Assembly (NCBI GenBank): GCA_039630575.1 | Contig: JBCNUW010000005.1 | Coordinates: 1 to 64,000 of the forward strand | Source of the DNA: Candidatus Hydrothermales bacterium | GTDB taxonomy: Bacteria; Hydrothermota; Hydrothermia; Hydrothermales; JAJRUZ01 | Length of the DNA: 64,000 nt | Direction of reading: 5' to 3' | Part shown: one piece after another, positions 57,844 to 64,000 of the stretch | How positions within the stretch are numbered: position 1 is the first letter of the stretch | Layout: each line of letters opens with the position of its first letter | Program-made: the position numbers and the translations under genes | The notes under the pieces: generated by a model | What the model was told of the DNA's origin: nothing | Seen by the model: only the letters and a program-made list of their open reading frames with translations | Database searches by the model: none

Positions 57844-59148
57844 TTAAAAATTTACTTTTAAGGTTAGATAAAATTGGTCAAAATTTTTAAAAGAATAAAA
57901 TAAACTTGATGGTGAGTTTCCATGTACGTTTATAAGTCCAAAATTTATATCTAAATTGTCATCGGGCTTATAGCTTATTTCAGGGTTTGTAACATACCCA
58001 CTTTTGTTTTGTAGGTCCTTAAAACAGACAATTTCATAGATTCCTGATAGGCTTATTTTCAAATTGTCCCTTAAATATTTCTTTTCAATTCTTAATGCAA
58101 GGTAGTTATGTAACGAATTTTTAATATCTGGACTATATCTTTCAAAGAAAAAACCATAATTATATTGGAAGTTAACGTATAGACCATTTCTAAAAGTATA
58201 GTCAAATCCAGCTGTATACTTTAAATATGGATCCTTCAAAAGATAGAAGGGGTAAAAAGCGCTCCATATTTTCACAGTATCTATTGGTATAAAGTATCCT
58301 AACTCTGCCCAGATCCCAACACTTTTTACTTCTCCAGCTAAGTCAAAACCTATCATATGAATTCTTGGGAAAAAGTAAAGAGCCTTTACTAATGTATCTC
58401 CTGATGAATTATCTATCAGAATCTCAGTTCCTTTAAACAAGGGAAAGTTGTCAAATCCGTAAAAATAAGAAAGTGAAAAATTTAATTTCAAAATCTTTCC
58501 GTAAAGTTTTGAGGCAAACATTGGGTTTTTAAGAGATGGAAATATGATAGTATCTTTTATATTTCCAAAGTTTAAAGGGCTTAAAAATAATTTAAAATAG
58601 GAAATATCTTCTAATAAAAGTGGAGGTATGAATTTGGGTAAAAAGACTCCTTCTAACATAAATTCTTTTGGAAGATAAAAGTTAATTAAAATTGCTTCTG
58701 AGGGAATCTTTTTACCAAAATCAAAAGGATTTTGTAAATCATAAGGATTAATAATGTCTGTTGGATTTAACCTGTCAGCTGTTCCCCAAGAAATTCTTTG
58801 CTTACCGATTTTTATATCAAGATTTTCAAATGGGAAATTATAGATATTTAAATAAAATTCAAATATATGAGTTTTAATTTTATAGGAAGGATCCTTGAGG
58901 TTTATAAGATTATTTTGGATATTTTTAGACCAAAGTCTTAAAAGTAAGGATGTTTCGTACTGGTATTTATCCTTTTTATCTTTTAAAGATATTTCAAACT
59001 GATGGAACATATATGGAAGAGGTTTTATACTGTCAACTTTAAAGATATCTGGCTGAATTAAATAGAAGTTGTTAATTTTTGCTTCACCCTCTATTTCAAT
59101 GGAATAAAGTAGGCAAAAGGAAAGAAAAAATAAAATAATTTTTCTCAT
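57844..59148 (-). CDS. Outer-membrane beta-barrel protein (DUF1302-like)
   Basis: Signal peptide; KIGKQRISWGTADRLNPTDIINPYD; C-terminal FYLTLKVNF. Confidence 0.75.
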   Translation of the reverse strand: MRKIILFFLSFCLLYSIEIEGEAKINNFYLIQPDIFKVDSIKPLPYMFHQFEISLKDKKDKYQYETSLLLRLWSKNIQNNLINLKDPSYKIKTHIFEFYLNIYNFPFENLDIKIGKQRISWGTADRLNPTDIINPYDLQNPFDFGKKIPSEAILINFYLPKEFMLEGVFLPKFIPPLLLEDISYFKLFLSPLNFGNIKDTIIFPSLKNPMFASKLYGKILKLNFSLSYFYGFDNFPLFKGTEILIDNSSGDTLVKALYFFPRIHMIGFDLAGEVKSVGIWAELGYFIPIDTVKIWSAFYPFYLLKDPYLKYTAGFDYTFRNGLYVNFQYNYGFFFERYSPDIKNSLHNYLALRIEKKYLRDNLKISLSGIYEIVCFKDLQNKSGYVTNPEISYKPDDNLDINFGLINVHGNSPSSLFYSFKNFDQFYLTLKVNF

Positions 59149-59158
59149 TTTACCCTCC

Positions 59159-59863
59159 TTATTCTGCCTTTTTGAGATTTCTTTGAGTAAAAATTTCTTC
59201 AGAAAGACCTAAATCATACTCCTGTTTCAATGTTTTCATAACAGTTTTGTGTTTATCTTTTACGTTCTCCATTTCTATTTCATTAATTGACCAGTAATTT
59301 TTTATTTGAACAAACTTTTTATTTCTCATGATTTTCAAGAGATTATTTCCTTTATCAAAAAATTTAATTGAGTCTGGAAGAAAAATTTTTTTATTTACAA
59401 ACATTATGAGTTTTGAATATTCTACATCAGATTCTGGCTTTGGAGTAAGTATGAGAACATATTGATTTTCGTTTTCTTCTTTAATAACGGCACTGTAATC
59501 CTTTGTAAATTCACTTTTTGCGAGATCGTTGTAAGAGAAATCTGTACCCATGAAAGATTCGTTTTTAACATGGGAGGCAATTCTTCTTATTTTTTTGAAA
59601 GCAGGCAAGTAGATGTAGAGTTCATCATCTGAAAGTACAAGAAATCCAACACCTTTTACATCTGCTGGAGATTTAAAGACAAAAAGTTTTTTATGTTTAC
59701 CTTTCATCCATATTTTCATTTCTCTTTCCTTTTGAGTACCGTCAGACTCAACAAGAACCATTTTTAATTCAGAGACCCTGTCTGAGGGTGCATTATAGGT
59801 ATCTTCTACTTTTTTCAAAATTTCATTACCATTTAATATTGAAAAGATTAAAATTAAGTTCAT
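59159..59863 (-). CDS. Outer-membrane lipoprotein-sorting (LolA-like) protein
   Basis: FKSPADVKGVGFL, YLPAFKKIRRIAS, SFMGTDFSYNDL, FTQRNL; SD AGGAGG. Confidence 0.88.
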   Translation of the reverse strand: MNLILIFSILNGNEILKKVEDTYNAPSDRVSELKMVLVESDGTQKEREMKIWMKGKHKKLFVFKSPADVKGVGFLVLSDDELYIYLPAFKKIRRIASHVKNESFMGTDFSYNDLAKSEFTKDYSAVIKEENENQYVLILTPKPESDVEYSKLIMFVNKKIFLPDSIKFFDKGNNLLKIMRNKKFVQIKNYWSINEIEMENVKDKHKTVMKTLKQEYDLGLSEEIFTQRNLKKAE

Positions 59864-59884
59864 TTTAACCTCCTTTTTGATTAA

Positions 59885-59910
59885 AATTTACGCGTTGAAT
59901 TTACGCATTG
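59885..59910. repeat. 13-bp tandem direct repeat, candidate operator
   Basis: AATTTACGCGTTG / AATTTACGCATTG (one mismatch), lying between the promoter and the SD of the lolA-like gene. Confidence 0.6.
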
Positions 59911-59918
59911 CATATTAA

Positions 59919-59947
59919 ATTATAAATGTTTTTTTTTAATTTTTCAA
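59919..59947 (-). promoter_or_regulatory. Sigma70-type promoter of the lolA-like/MMPL operon
   Basis: TTGAAA (59947-59942), 17 bp, TATAAT (59924-59919). Confidence 0.65.
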
Positions 59948-60129
59948 GTGGATTTAGAAGATATATATTGAAAGTAATTTTTTTGCATGGTTTATTAAAT
60001 TAAATTTTTTTTAAATATCTTAAAATTTTTTTAATTTCTGTTAGTTTTTACGATTCTTGATTTTTTTGAATTTTATTGGTTCATTTCTTTAAAATTATTA
60101 CACATTTTTAAACTTTAATTTAAAATTTA

Positions 60130-60204
60130 GGGCGGGTAGCTCAGATTGGTGAGAGCGTCGGCTTTACAAGCCGAAGGTCGTAGGTTCAAATCCTGCCCCG
60201 CCCA
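60130..60204 (+). tRNA. tRNA-Val (anticodon TAC), CCA not encoded
   Basis: Acceptor GGGCGGG/CCCGCCC plus discriminator A; anticodon arm TCGGC-TTTACAA-GCCGA; T-arm GTAGG-TTCAAAT-CCTGC. Confidence 0.97.
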
Positions 60205-60214
60205 TTTTTTTAAA

Positions 60215-62584
60215 ATGAAAAATTTTTCTATCCTCTTTGAATCTAAAACCAAAACCTTTATCCTATACTCAATCATATCTCTTATTTATTTTTATGACCC
60301 TCTTTTTACCTTTAAACTGATGGCTGGTTCAGATTACCTGCTTGGAGGTTATGCCTCAAGAGAATGGCTCTCCTTGTGGTTAAAAAAATTCTACTTCCCT
60401 CTTTGGTATCCTGATGAAAGATTAGGTTACCCACTTCTTGAGGAATTCTGGATGGATATATTCACACCTACTGGACTTTTAAGACTTCTTTTACCTACTC
60501 ATATTCACTTTAATCTTAGCTTTTTTATCTATACACTTCTTGCTGGATTCGGAACTTATCTTTTTCTTAGAGAGCTAAAGATTAAACCAATTTTTGCCTT
60601 TATTGCAGGTGTTTTTTATTCATTTTCAGGTGCCTTAATAACAAATACCTCAGCTGGACACCTTAACAGGCTCGTAAGTTCCTCTCTTTTGCCATATGTG
60701 CTTTTTTTCCTTTTGCTTGGTGTTAATAAAAAGAAATTTTTCTTTTTTATCCTTGCAGGTTTTTTCTCAGGTTGGCAATTTCTTGGGGGACATTTTCAAT
60801 TTAACTATTTCTCTTTTTTTATATATATACCCTTTTTCTTTTTCCTTTTATTTTCAAATCCTTTAAGTGTTAAGGAAAAAATAAAGCTAACTATCTACGC
60901 TGCATTTGGACTTTTTCTTACTTTAATGCTTTTCTCAGTTTACTTTCTTCCCCTATTTAAAAGTCTTAAATTTGTAGCAAGAGGTATTGAAAGAGGATAT
61001 GAGTACTCTGCAAGCTGGCCCCTTTTCCCACTTGAAAGTCTTGATATGATATTTATAAACTTTTCAGGATTCTTCGATACTTACTGGGGTCCAAATCTGT
61101 TTAGGCTTAACCATTACTACATCGGTTTTTTCCCCTTCGTATTCTTTATACTTTCTCTTTTTTCAAAAAATAAAAAAACTGTTTTATTTTTCTTTATACT
61201 TTTTCTTATAACTCTAACTTTTGCCTGGGGTAAGTATTTTTTAACACATAAGATCTTCTATAATGTACTACCCGGTATAAGTAAATTCAGGGGACCTTCA
61301 AACATCTTTTTCCTTTGTACTTTCAGTTTTGTTACCTTATCTGCCTTCGGTTTAACTTACTTTTTTGAAAATTTTGATGATAAAAAAATAAAGATAACAC
61401 TTTTTACTTTTCTTACCCTTTTTATTCTTCTACTTTTACTTTTATCACCAGTTAAAGATTTTCTAAGGGATGTTGTAAGGAAGATTTCAGAAAACCCAAA
61501 GGAGCTTAATGAGAAATTATTTGCTCTTGATAAGGTAATACCGCTTTTTAGAAATAACCTTATTTTTCTGATTTTTGAAATAATTATTGTTTATTTTATT
61601 TTTTTTCTTTTTAAAGTTAAAATAGAAAAAGAATTTTTGTTTCTTTTATTCCCAATCATTACAATTTTTGAAGCTTTAATTTTCTTAAGACCCAAATTTT
61701 TAAAATCCATGGATATTAAAGATTACTTAAAAAGTGATGAAGTAATAGATTTCCTTAAAAAAAGAGAAGGTGAGTTTAGGGTTTTTTACTTCCCTAACTT
61801 TTATGAACACGATAACGACGGAATTTTATCGATTTATGGAATTGAAGATGTGGGAGGATATGTGGCAAGTCCAATTCAAAGATATCAGGATTTTATCGGT
61901 TCAGGTCAATCTGTTATGTTTAACCCTCAAAATCTAATCAAGAATAGAAACCTTCTTAATCTTTTAAATGTAAAATATTTAATTTTTCCTACTTTTCCCA
62001 TGGATACACTAAAGGTTAAAGATAATGTAAAAAAAATTGTTAAATTTCTTTTAGAATATACACGAAATATGGATCTTGTTTTAAAGGGTGATAGATACTA
62101 TATCTTTGAGAATAAAAATGATTTTGGAAGATTTTTTGTAAGAGGAAAAATTTATGTGGCAGAAACAGACAATGAAGCGCTAACGTTTACGGTAAAAGAA
62201 AGTATTTTTGATACTTTTGCTATAGTTGAAAAAAAATTTTTAAATGATGAACTAAAAAATTTTGGGAGCGCTTCTCCTCAAATTGAAGAATTAAAAATTA
62301 TTGAAAAAAAACCTGGATATTATAAAATTAAAATAAGATTAAACCAAAAGGGAATTTTAGTATTTTCAATGAATTACCACAACGCATGGAATGTGTTTGT
62401 TGATGGAAAACAAGGAACGGTATTTCCTGTAAATTACACTTTAACAGGAACTATAGTACCTGAAGGAGAGCATGAAATTATCTTCAGATTTGGTTCTCCT
62501 TTTCATTACGGTGGAATTTTCATTACTCTTTTAGGCTATTTTATTTTCCTATGTTTACTTGCACTTTTTGTTTTCAAAAGGTAA
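60215..62584 (+). CDS. YfhO-family membrane protein (GT-C-like)
   Basis: PLWYP...GYP, AGFGTYLFLR, GGHFQ, KFRGPS, LLNVKYL, NYHNAWNVFVDG; real start is ATG 60215 because the ORF-track start lies inside the tRNA. Confidence 0.85.
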   Translation: MKNFSILFESKTKTFILYSIISLIYFYDPLFTFKLMAGSDYLLGGYASREWLSLWLKKFYFPLWYPDERLGYPLLEEFWMDIFTPTGLLRLLLPTHIHFNLSFFIYTLLAGFGTYLFLRELKIKPIFAFIAGVFYSFSGALITNTSAGHLNRLVSSSLLPYVLFFLLLGVNKKKFFFFILAGFFSGWQFLGGHFQFNYFSFFIYIPFFFFLLFSNPLSVKEKIKLTIYAAFGLFLTLMLFSVYFLPLFKSLKFVARGIERGYEYSASWPLFPLESLDMIFINFSGFFDTYWGPNLFRLNHYYIGFFPFVFFILSLFSKNKKTVLFFFILFLITLTFAWGKYFLTHKIFYNVLPGISKFRGPSNIFFLCTFSFVTLSAFGLTYFFENFDDKKIKITLFTFLTLFILLLLLLSPVKDFLRDVVRKISENPKELNEKLFALDKVIPLFRNNLIFLIFEIIIVYFIFFLFKVKIEKEFLFLLFPIITIFEALIFLRPKFLKSMDIKDYLKSDEVIDFLKKREGEFRVFYFPNFYEHDNDGILSIYGIEDVGGYVASPIQRYQDFIGSGQSVMFNPQNLIKNRNLLNLLNVKYLIFPTFPMDTLKVKDNVKKIVKFLLEYTRNMDLVLKGDRYYIFENKNDFGRFFVRGKIYVAETDNEALTFTVKESIFDTFAIVEKKFLNDELKNFGSASPQIEELKIIEKKPGYYKIKIRLNQKGILVFSMNYHNAWNVFVDGKQGTVFPVNYTLTGTIVPEGEHEIIFRFGSPFHYGGIFITLLGYFIFLCLLALFVFKR

Positions 62585-62639
62585 AATTAAATCTTTAAAA
62601 TGGGTTCAAAGCCCCTTGTATAGATAAAGGAGGAAAAAG

Positions 62640-62843
62640 ATGATTTGTCCTGAGTGCGGCTCAATGAAAATTGAAGAAATAGAGAAAGGGTACTTCTACT
62701 GTCTTGAATGCGGTCATGAGTTTTCCGAAGAAGAGGAGTATATTGATGAATCAGACTATGAAGATGCTGTTCTTGAAGACGAAGAGGAGGAAGAAGAATT
62801 TTATGATTACGATGAAGAGGAAGAGGAGGAGGAGGAATTTTGA
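62640..62843 (+). CDS. Small zinc-ribbon protein with highly acidic C-terminal tail
   Basis: CPECGS...CLECGHEF followed by an Asp/Glu-rich tail; strong SD AAGGAGG. Confidence 0.8.
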   Translation: MICPECGSMKIEEIEKGYFYCLECGHEFSEEEEYIDESDYEDAVLEDEEEEEEFYDYDEEEEEEEEF

Positions 62844-63382
62844 ATAAACTGAGGCTCTTTTTTGGCATCCCTTTAGAAGATGATAAAAAAGATAAAATTT
62901 TTGAATACTTAAAAAGGCTCAACTTGTTAAAAAAAGATTACAAGTGGGTTCCTAAGGAAAATTACCATATTACTTTAAAATTTCTCGGAGAGGTTGAAGA
63001 GAAATTAGTAAAAGATCTTGATAAAATTGGGAAAGAAATGTGTCTTTTATTTAATAGTTTTTCTGTACTTACTGATGGTTTTTCAGGATTCCCGAATAGA
63101 AAGAAAGCAAGAGTTTTTTTCTTAGATTTGAAAGAGAAAGAAAAAATAATTAGGATATTTAAAGTTCTTGAGGATAAGATTACACAGCTTAATTTTAAAA
63201 GAGAAGATAGAGAATACCACCCACATATTACTCTTGCAAGGTTGAGAAATCCTGAGAGTATACCAGATATAGATCCTCTTGAAATGGAAATCAACATAAA
63301 TGGATTTTCTTTATATGAAAGTATTTTGAAAAAGGAAGGTTCTTTATATAAAATTTTAAATACTTACTTTTTTAATAAATAA
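62840..63382 (+). CDS. thpR: RNA 2',3'-cyclic phosphodiesterase (2H family, LigT)
   Basis: RLFFGI, HITLKFLG and PHITLAR (two HxT motifs), LYESIL. Confidence 0.92.
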   Translation: MNKLRLFFGIPLEDDKKDKIFEYLKRLNLLKKDYKWVPKENYHITLKFLGEVEEKLVKDLDKIGKEMCLLFNSFSVLTDGFSGFPNRKKARVFFLDLKEKEKIIRIFKVLEDKITQLNFKREDREYHPHITLARLRNPESIPDIDPLEMEININGFSLYESILKKEGSLYKILNTYFFNK

Positions 63383-63387
63383 AAATT

Positions 63388-64000
63388 ATGGATAAAGAAA
63401 ACATCATCAAAAGAGCAAAAGATGTGTTAAGACTTGAAGCTGAGGGAATAAAGAGAATAATCAACCTATTAGATGTGGAATTTGCAAGAGCTGTTGAACT
63501 TATTCTAAATACAAAGGGAAAACTAATTGTTACAGGTCTTGGAAAATCAGGAATAGTTGGGAAGAAGATCGCTGCCACCTTTACTTCAACAGGAACACCA
63601 GCAATGTATCTTCATCCTTCTGAGTCATTACATGGAGATCTTGGAGTCGTCTCTGAAACAGATACAGCTTTTTTTATTTCAAAAAGTGGACAAACAGAGG
63701 AATTACAAATACTACTGCCCTTTTTTAAAAGGAAGAATATACCTATTATTTCATTGACAGCAAATAGGGAATCAGATCTTGCAAAAGATTCTGATGTTGT
63801 TTTGTATGTGCCTGTTGACAAAGAGGCTTGTCCATACGATCTTGCCCCTACTGTTAGTACAACTGTTTTCCTTGCAATTGGTGATGCACTTGCCATAGTT
63901 GTTATGGAACAAAAAAGCTTTAAAGCTGAAGATTTTGCTGCCTTACATCCAGGAGGTGTAATCGGTAAAAGGTTCTGGTTAAAAGTAAAAGACATGATGG
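63388..64000 (+). CDS. kdsD: Arabinose-5-phosphate isomerase, KpsF/GutQ family (runs off the right edge)
   Basis: Not in the ORF track; translated by hand: MDKENIIKRAKDVLRLEAEG...VTGLGKSGIVGKKIAATFTSTGTP...HPSESLHGDLG...EACPYDLAPTVSTT...GDALA...HPGGVIG. Confidence 0.93.
   Translation, partial: MDKENIIKRAKDVLRLEAEGIKRIINLLDVEFARAVELILNTKGKLIVTGLGKSGIVGKKIAATFTSTGTPAMYLHPSESLHGDLGVVSETDTAFFISKSGQTEELQILLPFFKRKNIPIISLTANRESDLAKDSDVVLYVPVDKEACPYDLAPTVSTTVFLAIGDALAIVVMEQKSFKAEDFAALHPGGVIGKRFWLKVKDMM

Noticed and set aside
60146..60214. ORF-track N-terminal extension of YfhO (MVRASALQAE...)
   Set aside because: It is a translation of the tRNA-Val sequence; the real start is ATG 60215.
62720..62840. 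GAA/GAG-rich low-complexity stretch as a repeat array
   Set aside because: Explained by poly-Glu coding; there is no spacer structure.
63372..63995. Minus-strand ORFs 63372-63578 and 63612-63995 and plus-strand ORF 63557-63757
   Set aside because: Shadows of the kdsD gene, which the ORF track missed because it runs off the edge.
1..64000. CRISPR array, prophage, rRNA, intein in ATPase A, selenocysteine in HdrA/MvhD
   Set aside because: No regularly spaced repeats or phage genes were seen, ATPase A is of normal length, and the hdr ORFs are uninterrupted with Cys at the motif positions.

Overview
AT-rich (roughly 30% GC by eye), densely coding chromosomal window from a diderm, probably anaerobic and thermophilic bacterium. 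KdsD, a PorV-like protein, T9SS-like C-terminal tails and K/E-rich proteins suggest an FCB-associated lineage such as WOR-3; this is inference. Left part: an LVIVD-repeat protein cut by the edge, an internally deleted IS1634-like element with perfect 15-bp terminal inverted repeats, a solitary V/A-type ATPase subunit A, and a divergent glycogen/alpha-glucan cluster (glgC, glgA / GH57, galT-like, glgB, malQ). Next come an isolated nuoM-nuoN pair, tdh, two putative starch-binding lipoproteins, transporters, an AmmeMemoRadiSam enzyme and rtcA. Middle part: a tightly coupled operon of MglB-like roadblock, tandem DnaA-like ATPase, DUF4388/TPR and CheR, then gdhA, a GlcD-like oxidoreductase with no canonical start codon, peptidases and a Glu-type PTPS. 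Right part: a 2-oxoacid:ferredoxin oxidoreductase operon running straight into hdrC-hdrB-hdrA/mvhD, then a LolA-like/OM-barrel/MMPL operon containing a PhaR-phasin fusion with a candidate operator. The window ends with tRNA-Val(TAC), YfhO, a zinc-ribbon protein with an acidic tail, thpR and kdsD (cut by the edge). No CRISPR array, rRNA or prophage was seen. The best candidates for undescribed systems are the MglB/DnaA-like/DUF4388/CheR operon, the PhaR-phasin-containing lipid-transport operon and the OFOR-Hdr operon. All family calls come from reading motifs, not from database searches.
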